From Spirochaetota bacterium (GTDB taxonomy: Bacteria > Spirochaetota > UBA6919 > CBDBPB01), in contig CBDBPB010000006.1 of the NCBI GenBank assembly GCA_965208615.1, positions 1 through 64,000 on the forward strand: 64,000 nt of DNA, in the 5' to 3' direction. Every line of letters starts with the position of its first letter. Position 1 is the first letter of the stretch. Shown piece after piece: positions 1 through 11,000 of the stretch. Made by a program: the position numbers and the translations under genes. Below the pieces are notes generated by a model. It saw only the letters and a program-made list of their open reading frames with translations, was not told the DNA's origin and ran no database searches.

Positions 1-240
1 CTCAGACTTGTTATTCTTTTCACTGTCAGTATTATCAGCTAAAACATCATAACCAGCCTTTTTAATACTATTCACAATAGATGGTCTATCTATAAGCTCA
101 GGTATAAACTCTATTTTAGCAGTCTCAGTAGCAAAGTTAACCTCAGCCGATAATATACCATTTATGTCATTTAAAACATTTTCAACAGCACTAACACAGG
201 CTGAACAACTCATACCTTTTATAGCTAAATTAATGTGCAT
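1..240 (-). CDS. copA: Copper-translocating P1B-type ATPase, N-terminal HMA domain (runs off the window edge)
   Basis: Manual translation from the ATG at 240 gives MHINLAIKGMSCSACVSAVENVL...AEVNFATETAKI, a GMxCxxC metal-binding domain; lies directly downstream of copZ and csoR. Confidence 0.85.
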   Translation of the reverse strand, partial: MHINLAIKGMSCSACVSAVENVLNDINGILSAEVNFATETAKIEFIPELIDRPSIVNSIKKAGYDVLADNTDSEKNNKSE

Positions 241-270
241 AAAACTACCTTCTAATACCCTATAAAGCTA

Positions 271-477
271 TTACCAAACAACCTTACAACCAGTATCACG
301 AACCGCCTTGTCTAACTTATCTGTTATGCTATCCAATGCAGTACCCACCAACTTAGCTTCTTTATCCGCTAAAGAAACTGTTACCTCCTCTATCTCAGTT
401 ATTCTCTTTATACTGGTTTCAATTCTATTAACACAGTGATTACAACTCATACCTTCAATCTTTATTGTTTTTTCCAT
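271..477 (-). CDS. copZ: Copper chaperone (single HMA domain)
   Basis: 68 aa with the GMSCNHC motif; between csoR and copA. Confidence 0.9.
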   Translation of the reverse strand: MEKTIKIEGMSCNHCVNRIETSIKRITEIEEVTVSLADKEAKLVGTALDSITDKLDKAVRDTGCKVVW

Positions 478-495
478 AACAACCTCATAAAATAA

Positions 496-792
496 TTAAG
501 CAAACCTAGAGATAATATCCATTAACTCATTAACCTTAGCATTAACCTCACCATCAGAACCACTCCTAACAGCACCAGTAACACAAGTCAGTATATGTTT
601 TTTTAATATGTTCTCCTCAACCTTCATAAGTGCACTCTTTATAGACCTAATTTGTACTAAAATATCTATACAATAACGATCATCCATGATCATTTTTTGA
701 ATACCCTTTACTTGTCCTTCTATCTTTCTAAGGCGTACTAGTTGATCTCCATATTTACAATCGGACTCATGACAGTTATCCATTAAAATCAC
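496..792 (-). CDS. csoR: CsoR/RcnR family metal-sensing repressor
   Basis: RLRKIEGQVKGIQKMI...YCIDIL and H-x3-C (HILTC) signatures; the start may be the ATG at 783. Confidence 0.9.
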   Translation of the reverse strand: MILMDNCHESDCKYGDQLVRLRKIEGQVKGIQKMIMDDRYCIDILVQIRSIKSALMKVEENILKKHILTCVTGAVRSGSDGEVNAKVNELMDIISRFA

Positions 793-799
793 TCATTTT

Positions 800-842
800 T
801 ATATACCCCTTTATAATATATAGAAAAATAAGCAATAGTCAA
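800..842 (-). promoter_or_regulatory. Putative sigma70 promoter of csoR-copZA overlapping a possible CsoR operator
   Basis: Minus-strand TTGACT (842-837), 18-bp spacer, TATTAT (818-813); TATATA-CCCC-...-TATATA at 800-822 resembles AT-flanked C/G-tract CsoR operators. Confidence 0.4.
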
Positions 843-931
843 CCCCCCTATCCCATAACCTAATAGATTATATAACTATTTATATAATAGGTAATAACTT
901 ATTTATAAACGGCATACCCCACAATATAAAT

Positions 932-961
932 AAAAAAGCCATACCTAAAAGGCATGGCTTT
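932..961 (-). terminator. Intrinsic terminator downstream of the metalloprotease gene
   Basis: Minus strand reads AAAGCCATGCC-TTTTA-GGTATGGCTTT followed by further T's. Confidence 0.7.
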
Positions 962-1027
962 ATATAAAGCTAAATATTTGATTGTTAAAACATCATAATG
1001 CTAAAATAAATCATTATACTTATGTGC

Positions 1028-2671
1028 TTATCTGTAATACTTGCTATCAGGGTGGCTAGGCCCACCTATTGTGCCTCCTCCTGGATTTCGACTATCAGGG
1101 TGGCTAGGCCCACCTATTGTGCCTCCTCCTGGATTTCGACTATCAGGGTGACTAGGCCCACCTATTGTGCCTCCTCCTGGATTTCGACTATCAGGGTGAC
1201 TGCCGTCATTTTCTCCTACATCCCTTTTTTTCTTTTGAAAAACACACAGGCGAAAGTCTCTAGCCATACAGTAAACTTCTGCTATTCTTTGACGTGCAGC
1301 ATCAACTAAGCCATGTGTACAATTTTCCTTTTCCCTCTCTTCCTTTTCCCTCTCTTCCTTTTCTTTTTTCTTTCTCTTTTCCTCTTCTCTCTCTTGATTA
1401 GTTATCCTCTCATATACATGAAATCTAGGTCTAACATTAGCACGGGCTAGTACTTGCACCCCACTCCTATTAGGAAAACTAACGAAAAATTGGTCTAAAA
1501 ATGGCATATCAGTCGTCGGAATATTAGCAGTTGGAAGATTAATATCAATAGCAGGGGCATCAACAAAACGCCCCAGTCTATCTCTATGATGCAAGTCTCT
1601 AGGGGGGGTGCTGGGGCGGCTATCAACAGTACGATAGATCATGCGAACCATGCTAAGCTCGTAAATGTTAGGCCTTATAGCCAGCCTACTACTCCTATCT
1701 TGATACATAATAAATGATCGAGGACTAAGTGCTCCGGGCAAGGTAAAGTTGTTTGTTATATCCTCTAGACCAAAAACATGTCCAATTTCATGCATAATAG
1801 TTAGTAACATATTTTCAGGGCCTATCCTATCATAATGAAATTCACTTATTGCTATAAGCCCACTTATTATTCTTCCATCCCTATCATGATTAAATAGGGC
1901 AAGAGCAACCGTACCTGGATTGTTCTTAAAATAATTAATACACATTTGAGACTCACTTGCTGAAAGTCCTCTTTCTTCTGCACAATTAGTGCTAACCAGT
2001 GTAATAAAAAATGAGGGACTATGATGACCACTTGTAAGCCTTATTCTAAGTTTAGCACGGCCAACTCTAGGTTGCTCACCAGGTAAGTTATTGTCAGGAG
2101 GGACATAAAAGGCCCACGCATCAAGTGCTCGCTCTGTAAGATTTGCTATTTCATCTAAGTCTCCATCTATTTTAGTCTGCTCATCATCTTTATCAACACC
2201 ACCTGCTGCACCTCCATCATCAGCACGTCTAGGTCTGCTTGTTGGAGAACTAATAGATTCTATTAATTTATCTAAGCCGTCTTCAGTTGGTATGCATTTT
2301 ATATGAACACGACTTCTTCTAGGGTTTAGACTCATTCTTATTTTAGCTATTTCGACAGCCGCTCTTTCTACTGGATCATTAAACTTATGTCCTTTTAGTA
2401 CATCCTTTAGGGATTCTCCAACCTTTCCAGTAACAGGAGTACTAGTATCTACACTGTCACAGCCACTCTTCATATCACCCCCATAATTCCTCCCATCATA
2501 AAAATAGTCAACCTTCATATACCTATAACCATTATAAATATAACGATAGTCCTCACAGCAACCACTAGTTATAAATAATAACATAATTACTGGTATTAAT
2601 GGTATTGATGAAATTAATACCATTATAAATAGAAATAAACCTCTTTTACTTTTTTTCAATACCTTCATCAT
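1028..2671 (-). CDS. Putative lipoprotein zinc metallopeptidase (metzincin-like) with charged linker and C-terminal Gly/Pro repeats
   Basis: Basic then hydrophobic N-terminus ending ITSG-C; HEIGHVFGLED (HExxHxxGxxD) with a downstream SFIMY Met-turn; E/K/R run; SHPDSRNPGGGTIGGP repeats. Confidence 0.65.
   Translation of the reverse strand: MMKVLKKSKRGLFLFIMVLISSIPLIPVIMLLFITSGCCEDYRYIYNGYRYMKVDYFYDGRNYGGDMKSGCDSVDTSTPVTGKVGESLKDVLKGHKFNDPVERAAVEIAKIRMSLNPRRSRVHIKCIPTEDGLDKLIESISSPTSRPRRADDGGAAGGVDKDDEQTKIDGDLDEIANLTERALDAWAFYVPPDNNLPGEQPRVGRAKLRIRLTSGHHSPSFFITLVSTNCAEERGLSASESQMCINYFKNNPGTVALALFNHDRDGRIISGLIAISEFHYDRIGPENMLLTIMHEIGHVFGLEDITNNFTLPGALSPRSFIMYQDRSSRLAIRPNIYELSMVRMIYRTVDSRPSTPPRDLHHRDRLGRFVDAPAIDINLPTANIPTTDMPFLDQFFVSFPNRSGVQVLARANVRPRFHVYERITNQEREEEKRKKKEKEEREKEEREKENCTHGLVDAARQRIAEVYCMARDFRLCVFQKKKRDVGENDGSHPDSRNPGGGTIGGPSHPDSRNPGGGTIGGPSHPDSRNPGGGTIGGPSHPDSKYYR
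1044..1201. repeat. 48-bp tandem repeat, about 3.3 copies, in frame within the CDS
   Basis: Unit CTATCAGGGTG(G/A)CTAGGCCCACCTATTGTGCCTCCTCCTGGATTTCGA at 1044, 1092 and 1140, partial copy at 1188; no spacers. Confidence 0.95.
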
Positions 2672-2884
2672 ATCTTACTCTTCATATTAATTTATTTTAT
2701 ATGAATAAAACGCTATTAACTTTAACAGCAAAGATGCTTTAATATTTCTAAAAAGCAAAGTATAATTTTTCTTTATTGTATTATTTTTATACAACTACTT
2801 TGTTTTAGATAAATATATATGTAGTTCTTAGCTAAGGTAAATCTTCTAACACATAAAATACCTTAGTATAGTAGGCTATAATAA

Positions 2885-4030
2885 CTAGTTAGTTTTGATA
2901 GTTTGACTAGATGTTTTATAATATAAGCCCTTGATAAACATCAAAATAGATAAGCTAATTAACAGTATATAACTTATTAGGCTGTTATATATACTAAAGC
3001 CGTCTATACCATTCAATAAAGGTAAACAGTATATATACAAAGAAAATATCAAAAGACTTATGTTCCTGAACACAGCCGACAAAACTATAAGCAAAATACC
3101 AATATCACTAAAACCGTTAGGATAGACCAATATGTAAATAAATATAGCATTGTGAACTTTATTAAGAACATTAACCTTGCTTATGCTTATCCAAACCAAT
3201 ATGGATAAAATAAAAGGTAACAGTAAAATAACCTTATCATTAACTAAATAGCCATAACTAAACTCTATATCCCTAAAAAAACTGAAAACCCTCTGTAACC
3301 ATCCTGAATACAATATACTCGAAAGAAAATAATCTGCATGACCAGGTATAAACAATAAACCTATAAATATACCAATCGCTATTAATAAATATCCCTTTAG
3401 CCCCCTAACTAAAGCAAATATCATTAAAAATGATAGACCATGAACAGCCATGGATAATCCAAACAATATGGACGATAATAACCTCTTATTATAAATTAAA
3501 AATATAAATACCAATAGTATAAGTGCTATCCATATAATAAATGGATCAAAATTATTATATAAACTATCTATTACAAAAGGATTCCACATGTACAATGTTA
3601 TAGTGTTAGCCGATAAGCTATATTTATCCAGTATAAGCTTAATGGAATAAACTATGATAAACTCTAAAAATAAAGCTAGTACATAAAATGTGGGGGAGTA
3701 AAAGTCTTTTAATAAAAAACCTGTCCAATCGCTTTTAGCTAATGAAAATACGTTGCCATATATAAAAAATACTAAAACTACTACCCTGAATAAATAACCG
3801 TATATAATAATCCACCTAATAGATAAGCCTTCTATAACGGAGGGCCTTATAAAAAATAAAACTACTAAAATAAAATATATAAACGTAAGTACAAGTCTTT
3901 TTACTATGTCATAGTCAACTAAATATAGTATAATAGAGCTTATCCCTATAACATGGACTATAAAATAAAGATATATATTGGATTTATTAGGCGATAGAAA
4001 AGATATTAATCTTAAAAGTGTATCCTTCAA
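2885..4030 (-). CDS. Polytopic membrane protein, possible GT-C-fold glycosyltransferase
   Basis: About 10 hydrophobic segments; YMWNPFVI resembles the 'Y.WNP..I' motif of GT87/PIG-M-like transferases; TTG start uncertain. Confidence 0.45.
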   Translation of the reverse strand: MKDTLLRLISFLSPNKSNIYLYFIVHVIGISSIILYLVDYDIVKRLVLTFIYFILVVLFFIRPSVIEGLSIRWIIIYGYLFRVVVLVFFIYGNVFSLAKSDWTGFLLKDFYSPTFYVLALFLEFIIVYSIKLILDKYSLSANTITLYMWNPFVIDSLYNNFDPFIIWIALILLVFIFLIYNKRLLSSILFGLSMAVHGLSFLMIFALVRGLKGYLLIAIGIFIGLLFIPGHADYFLSSILYSGWLQRVFSFFRDIEFSYGYLVNDKVILLLPFILSILVWISISKVNVLNKVHNAIFIYILVYPNGFSDIGILLIVLSAVFRNISLLIFSLYIYCLPLLNGIDGFSIYNSLISYILLISLSILMFIKGLYYKTSSQTIKTN

Positions 4031-4149
4031 TTAGCTGTCCGTCTCATGAATATACTTTGTTACTTTTGATAACAAGACAATAGAATATATTAAATTATTG
4101 TATATTAATCAATATAAAATATAACCGATAAATAAACTTAAGGTATAAA

Positions 4150-4947
4150 ATGTATATCCACCCAACCGCTATTATTGAAGCAGATACTAATATTCACCCC
4201 TCTGTAAGTATAGATGCCTACTCAATAATAAGAAAGGGTAGTATAATAGGCAGAAATACTAAAATCGATAGCAACGTAGAGATAATAAATACTAAAATAG
4301 GCGAGAATAATCACATATTTAAAGGGGCATATATAGGAGCTATTCCGCAAGATAGAACATATAAAAATAATAAGAGCATAAGAACAAATATAGGCAATAA
4401 CAACATAATAAGGGAATATGTAACCATCCACCATAGTACGTCGGATAAACCAACTACAATAGGATCTAACAATTATCTAATGGCGTATAGTCATATTGCT
4501 CATGACTGCACTATAAATAACCATATCACTTTGGCTAACTACGCTGGAGTTGCTGGATGGGTTATAATCGAGGATCATGCGTTTATATCAGGCCATACCC
4601 TAATACACCAGTTTGTCAGAATAGGTGAACACTCAATGATAGGGGGATTATGCCGTATAAGCCAAGACGTTATACCATACGCCTTAGTAGCTCAAGAAAA
4701 TGCTAAACTCTATGGCATAAACACTGTAGGACTAAAACGTGTAGGATGGTCAAGTGAGAAAATATTACAACTAAAAAAACTATATAAACTAATCCTTAAT
4801 AAAAAACTATCCATAAAAACAAAAGTGAACAACGTACTAAAAATACTAAAGTCGGATAACAAAGATGAAATATGCCTTATAGAGAAAGAAGCAAGTAAAC
4901 TAATCAACTTTATACACAATACAAAACGGGGAGTTATATCCAAATAA
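4150..4947 (+). CDS. lpxA: Acyl-ACP--UDP-N-acetylglucosamine O-acyltransferase
   Basis: Hexapeptide repeats; PQD, IREYVTIH, MAYSHIAHDC, IHQFVRIG and GINTVGLKR motifs. Confidence 0.93.
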   Translation: MYIHPTAIIEADTNIHPSVSIDAYSIIRKGSIIGRNTKIDSNVEIINTKIGENNHIFKGAYIGAIPQDRTYKNNKSIRTNIGNNNIIREYVTIHHSTSDKPTTIGSNNYLMAYSHIAHDCTINNHITLANYAGVAGWVIIEDHAFISGHTLIHQFVRIGEHSMIGGLCRISQDVIPYALVAQENAKLYGINTVGLKRVGWSSEKILQLKKLYKLILNKKLSIKTKVNNVLKILKSDNKDEICLIEKEASKLINFIHNTKRGVISK

Positions 4948-4949
4948 CC

Positions 4950-6068
4950 CTATTTAGTAATTATATTAACATTCGTATTTAAGGCCTCAAATAAAACGTT
5001 TTTATCCACACTAACTCCATAACTGCCTTCTATAGTAAGCATATCACCTATGGATTTAGGTAAAGAATAGCGTGGTTCATTGCTAAGGGACTTTTTATCC
5101 AAAAGACTAGCATTATAAATATCATAGTTTTTAATACTGCTTGGTAAATCGATAGGTAAGTTATAACTATCAAGTAAATTAACTATTCTGTTAACAGAAC
5201 TATTATCCAAATAGCCAAGCTTATTAGATATAATAGCCTCATAAACCATTCCAATAGCCACACACTCGCCGTGGAGCATATTATAATCCATAACTTTTTC
5301 TATTGCATGACCTATTGTATGACCATAATTAAGTATCTGTCTTAAATTACTTTCTTTTTCATCCTTTTCAACCACATCCTTTTTAATAGAGCAGTTCATC
5401 TCTATAAGAACCTCCAAAATGGACATATCTCTATTAAGTATATTATTTCTTTTGTCCTCTAAAAAAGTAAATAAATCATAACTCTTAATAACAGCATGCT
5501 TTATAACCTCTGCCATACCGGATATGTATTCCTTATCAGACAAAGTATTAAGTACCATAGGGTCAATCAATACGATTTTAGGTTGGAAAAATGTACCAAT
5601 AAGATTTTTACCATAACTAACGTCAATAGCAGTCTTACCCCCAATACTACTATCCACTTGAGCCACAATAGTAGTTGGTATTTGGATATAAGGTATTCCG
5701 CGATTAAAAGTAGATGCAGTAAAACCTGCTAAATCACCAACAACACCACCACCTAAAGCAATAATAAGACTATCCCGACTAAATCTATTCTCAAACATAA
5801 AACGTTCAATATCCATTTTGGTGTTAATGTTCTTATGTCTTTCTCCATAAGGGAATGAATGTATATAAAGACTTTTAGCATATTTTTTTAAACTATTAAA
5901 TAAGCTGTTCCCATATAACTTTCTAACATTAGAATCGGTTATAATCAATATCTTATTGTCCAAATAGTCGGATATGTATGAGGAAATACTATTCAAAAGA
6001 CCAGTTTGTATATATATAGAATATGAATTGTCTATGTATTTAATTAGCGATAAATTAACGTTTTTCAT
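4950..6068 (-). CDS. aroB: 3-dehydroquinate synthase
   Basis: ALGGGVVGDLAGF, QIPTT..AQVDSSIGGKT, KNLIGTF and LNYGHTIGHAIE. Confidence 0.96.
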   Translation of the reverse strand: MKNVNLSLIKYIDNSYSIYIQTGLLNSISSYISDYLDNKILIITDSNVRKLYGNSLFNSLKKYAKSLYIHSFPYGERHKNINTKMDIERFMFENRFSRDSLIIALGGGVVGDLAGFTASTFNRGIPYIQIPTTIVAQVDSSIGGKTAIDVSYGKNLIGTFFQPKIVLIDPMVLNTLSDKEYISGMAEVIKHAVIKSYDLFTFLEDKRNNILNRDMSILEVLIEMNCSIKKDVVEKDEKESNLRQILNYGHTIGHAIEKVMDYNMLHGECVAIGMVYEAIISNKLGYLDNSSVNRIVNLLDSYNLPIDLPSSIKNYDIYNASLLDKKSLSNEPRYSLPKSIGDMLTIEGSYGVSVDKNVLFEALNTNVNIITK

Positions 6069-7836
6069 GACAAAGATTATCTCCTTCTCTTATCAAAAAA
6101 ATGCCTTCATCAGATTGTATATAATGAGGTAAATCTCCGTTTTTGCTGTCATATAACAAATAATCTTTTCCTATTTTTTGTACTTGCTGACTAATATCCT
6201 TATCATACTGTAGTAATTCTAATACATTTTGATCACCAGTAAGTACAGTAATTTGCTTAACAAAAACCTTCTTAAGCTTTTGTGTCCACGAGTTTATATT
6301 ATATATTATGCTATCGGGTACTCCTCTAACACTGTTATCCTTCAAGCAGTTAATAAACTCCTCATGACTAAAACCTAAATACACCCCCCTTTGTATAGTA
6401 TCTTTTTTAATACTATATTCCCACACAACTCCATCATTTTTCCTACACGCAAAAAGCTCCACTAAAAAGCTATGATACTCACTAAGCCTATCAGGATATA
6501 CTAATAAACTATAATCGCTATTAACAACAATACCACCGCATTCTGGAACTTTACTTTTATCTATATCCTGATCATTATTAATAAGTCTTTCTCCTAAAAA
6601 GCTCAAACTATAATCATTTTGATTACGTTTTAATAACCCAATTTGGAATAGAAAATCAAGAGAACTTATAATATTCTCATGGTTTAAGTTTTGATCTTTT
6701 AATATGTTATAAGAAAAGTATCCCAAATTAACTTTATCTATAAAGTATTGCTGAGCTATATCCCAATGATTAAAGCTATTTTTGCTTAACCTAGCAATAA
6801 GATCAAAAGCCCTCTTTACTTTTGGATATACACTAACTATATACATAAGCTTTTCATTAATAGACTTCTTTAAAAACTCTATAAAAGATGGATCAGTGAG
6901 ATATTGTCCCTCTGATATGTATATAAATCCAGCATCTTCTAAAAAAGTAAGTAAAGAGTTTTGCAATTCACTATCTCGTAAGAAAAGCTTATTAAGGAAA
7001 TTGGAATCATATTTTCTTATTTGATTTTTGTTTGTAACGTATATCCCATTAGTTCTAATTTGGAAGTATGAGTGATACAAGCTTGATAAAAAAAATAACT
7101 TTTTGTAATTATTTATAGTTTTCTTAACTCCCAAGTTATTTAAATGGTCTAAACTAGTTCTATTCATGATTACAACATAATAGAACTTTTTATTAAACAA
7201 TAAACCCTTATTACATACCTTTTCAGAGAGGTATTTTGATAGTTCATTATCCAATCCTAAATCTGGCAAAGAGTTAATACGAAATTGACCCAAGTTTGCA
7301 GTAAAAAGTTTATTCCAGTTTTCTGATAAAGCGTTTGAGGGGTTAGTAGAATTATTAATATTACTAATAGAAAAGCTTTTTGCTAACTCTGGAATAGTTA
7401 CAATGTTAACAAGCTTAATAGCCCTTAGTATCTCTGGATATATTGAATATGAATAAGGTACAATCTTAATCTTAGAAATGCTTTTTCTTATAAAGATTAA
7501 ATATTTTTTTTGTAAGCTATTTGATATTGTGTTAATATCGTTTTCCCATGAGAACTTCTTTTGAAAAAGCTCCATGGATGTTGTTGTACCGTTGTTTTGT
7601 AAAAGTAAATAAAAAAACTCTGCCTCTTTATAGCTAAGGCCTTCTAGTAAGGATATAATAGATAGATTGTCTATTTTCTTTGATATTTGCTTAAATAAAT
7701 CCTTACTATTATCCAGACTCCAAAACTCACAACAGCTAGATAAGTCATTAGTCCTTTCTAACTCCTTAAACAATATGGAACTAGTCAAATTATTATCACC
7801 ATTTATATAAATATTCATCTTTAATTTTAATAGCAA
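6055..7836 (-). CDS. Protein with C-terminal helicase-associated (Helicase_C_3, XPB-partner-like) domain
   Basis: C-terminal IVVNSDYSLLV...LFA...YSIKKDTIQRG..LG...VPDSIIYNINSW pattern; no Walker motifs; the ATG at 7818 is an alternative start. Confidence 0.65.
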   Translation of the reverse strand: MLLKLKMNIYINGDNNLTSSILFKELERTNDLSSCCEFWSLDNSKDLFKQISKKIDNLSIISLLEGLSYKEAEFFYLLLQNNGTTTSMELFQKKFSWENDINTISNSLQKKYLIFIRKSISKIKIVPYSYSIYPEILRAIKLVNIVTIPELAKSFSISNINNSTNPSNALSENWNKLFTANLGQFRINSLPDLGLDNELSKYLSEKVCNKGLLFNKKFYYVVIMNRTSLDHLNNLGVKKTINNYKKLFFLSSLYHSYFQIRTNGIYVTNKNQIRKYDSNFLNKLFLRDSELQNSLLTFLEDAGFIYISEGQYLTDPSFIEFLKKSINEKLMYIVSVYPKVKRAFDLIARLSKNSFNHWDIAQQYFIDKVNLGYFSYNILKDQNLNHENIISSLDFLFQIGLLKRNQNDYSLSFLGERLINNDQDIDKSKVPECGGIVVNSDYSLLVYPDRLSEYHSFLVELFACRKNDGVVWEYSIKKDTIQRGVYLGFSHEEFINCLKDNSVRGVPDSIIYNINSWTQKLKKVFVKQITVLTGDQNVLELLQYDKDISQQVQKIGKDYLLYDSKNGDLPHYIQSDEGIFLIREGDNLCHEKR

Positions 7837-8001
7837 GTTGTTTTTAACTTTTCACAACTAACATTAAAATAAACTTTTAGCCAACATATTAATAAAAAGT
7901 ACAAAAGAATAGATAGTATACTTTCAAATAAAGATAATACGGGGCAACTAAATAGACAACTATTATTTAAAAACAATATACACAAAATATAAATAGTATA
8001 A

Positions 8002-11000
8002 CTACATAAAAATATGTTCGATACCGTCTTTTTGAACTTCTCTTAAAAACTTAGCCTTCCACCTCTTACCCAAGAACTCTTTTGCTAAATGAACTGCTAA
8101 ATGCTCTCCTTTAACAGATAAGCCATTACTAATCTTAGATAACCCCTGAACACAGCTAGGACAAGATGTAATAATATTGGCCTTTTTGTTGTTCTTTAAA
8201 GAAAAACTATTTATTATATCCTTTTCTTTTCTATCCCTAAGGGCGTTTGATATATGTGGGCTAGACAACGCAAGGGTACCAGCTTCACCACAGCAAGTTT
8301 CAGTTAAATTAACTTTTGACTCGAGTATATCATCAAAAACCTTGTTTATGGCCATATCCTTAACCGGAGTATGACAGGGAGTATGGTATATATAATCACA
8401 GTTAAGGTTTTTTTTATAAAGCCTCTCAATAGCGATAAACTCACTAATATCCCTTAACTTAGAGCCTTCAAATATATTATATAGGTTGTGATCACTAATT
8501 CTCTCATGGCATGTACCGCAGGATAGAATAATATCTTTAATCTTCATATATCCAATAAGGTCAGCCATTCTATGGAAGATTACTCGATTTTCATAGCTTA
8601 TAGTCTCAGCCATATTGGTTTTACCGTTAGCCAAAGCAGGATAACCACAACATAAATACTCAGGCGAAATTACTACCTGAATACCAGAGTAATAAAGCAA
8701 TGCAATAACCGCTATACTAATGTCAGGGAACATACGCTCAGAACCGCAACCAGCAAAATATAATACGCTTTTCTTTATGGGCATAGACTGGTTGTGGAAT
8801 GCAAAAAATGTGTTAACTCCCTTAAGATTAAGCCTATCCCTAATGGATAGTCCACTAGTTTTAGGAAAGCGTCCTTTTAAAAAGCCGGCAATCGTTGGAA
8901 TAGCCTTATCCAACACCTTATAAAAAGGCTTTGTGATATAATGAGCCATTCTTTGAGCTTTAAAACCCAAACTGAGAAAGCCTAATCTTAATATTTTATT
9001 TATATAATAATTATGTCTGCTAAGGTAAAACAAGGTCAACCACGTAATCAGGTGAAAACGACGTTTTTTTCTATCTATTAGGAGTTTCCTAATGGATAGG
9101 GTAATATTACCAAAATCGATGTTAACAGGACAAGGCACTTCACACTTATGACAAAGAGTACAGTGGTCGGATATATCTCTAAGCATCTTAAAATGCCTAA
9201 AGCTAAGGTGATTGGACGTTTGAGCATCATACAAAACTGCCTCAGATATTAAGGCTACCCCCAATATCTTATTACGAGGATTGTAAAACATAGTTTTAGC
9301 CGGATAATTAGTATTGCATACGGTTTTACACTTACAACACCTAAGACAATTAGCTATAGACATATTTAGGAGTTCAAGGTCGGTTGCCTTAAGGATAAAG
9401 GCCTCTAGTTCGAGTAAGTTAAAAGACGGCGTATAAATAGTATTAATAGGAAAGTCTGAAATTAGCTTACCGGGATTAAATAAATCATGAGGATCACTCT
9501 CTTTTTTATATTTGTTATATTCATTAATATTATGGCTATCAAGAAACCTAAGCTTTGTAAGACCAATTCCGTGTTCACCTGATATAACGCCATTAAGATC
9601 AGTCGCTTTTTTCATAATTATGGTAACGGTATCATCGGCGTCCTGCATCATCATATAATCACTAGAGTGAACAGGTATGTTAACATGTATATTTCCGTCT
9701 CCAGCGTGCATGTGGGTTGCAATTACAAGTCTTTTAGCTATTACCTCTTCTAAAACCTTTATAAGTCCATTTAGGATATCATCATGCCCCTGAAAAGACT
9801 TTCTAAAATAATCAATTACAAGCTCCCTGACAGATATAAGCACTTTACCGTCTCTGATAAGCTCAAATAGACTAAGTCCGTTATCACCCAGGCTGTCAAG
9901 ATCAGCAATATAATCGGAAAACGTTTTACTAATATCCCTAATGTAATTTATATAATTAATTATCCTGTTGGAGGTAAACTCATTATGCTTATCAGATATA
10001 CTATTTAGATAGTTATTTATTTTATCAATAGCCTTAATGTTATTAGCTAACTCCTTTTGTATATTGAGTTTTTCAATAAAGTCAGCAAACTCAGGTAAGC
10101 TGTCTAACGGTATAACTATATCCTCATTAAGCTTAAAGGCATTGGTATGTTTTGCTATAGCACCAAGATTCTTTCTATCAGCCCAAAAGCTCTCTCTATC
10201 ACGCTCAGTGGATGCTGTAAACCCTTGTGCATTATAGCTTATTAACGATGATATAATATTATCACAGGCTGATATAACATAATCCTCATTGTTACCCTCA
10301 ATGTCAATAAGCAAAACAGCCTTTATTTTATCTATTCGGTCAGACTTATTTTTATAGTTAATAGCGTCAATATACTTATTATCAAAGTGTTCTAGTGCAG
10401 TTAAGAAAGCATTATCATTATTTTTAAAAAGCTCTATTATGTATATAATAGCCTTTGATGCGTTTAACATATTCTTACCAAAGAACTCTAGGCAAATAGT
10501 TCGCTTAAAGCTAAAAGGCTCATACAAAACAAACTTGGCAGACGTAATTATACCATCTCCACCTTCTTTTTGTATACCAGGTACCCCCATTAAAGCTTTA
10601 TTAGTAACATCTTTACCCAGTCCATTTTTACGAATGTCTTTGCCCATCATAATAATAGAGTTAATTAGTTTATTTTTCTTCTTCCTAGCCCTATATATGC
10701 CTTTAGCTTTATCACATAGATAAACATCAAAAATAACGTTATCATTTGTCATTATCTTTCTATGTGGATGATCTCTTCTTTTAACCTCTAGAATATTACC
10801 ATTACTATTAAATATTTTAAATGAATAAATGTTATCTATAGCCGTACCCCACATTACAGCCTTTTTACCACCAGAGTTCTCAGCTATATTACCTCCAATG
10901 GTTGATGCCCAAGCAGATGTTGGATCAGTAGCAAATATAAGTCCCCTTTTTTTGGAGTAGTTCATAGCATCATTAGTTACCACGCCGGAACCAAGCTCTA

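Noticed and set aside
1044-1201. CRISPR array
   Set aside because: Units are contiguous with no unique spacers, lie in frame in a CDS, and no cas genes are present.
1022-1309. 95-aa plus-strand ORF with repeats
   Set aside because: Antisense shadow of the 48-bp repeat; no RBS or recognisable motif.
5002-5010. Perfect DnaA box TTATCCACA
   Set aside because: Single copy inside the aroB coding sequence, not part of a cluster.
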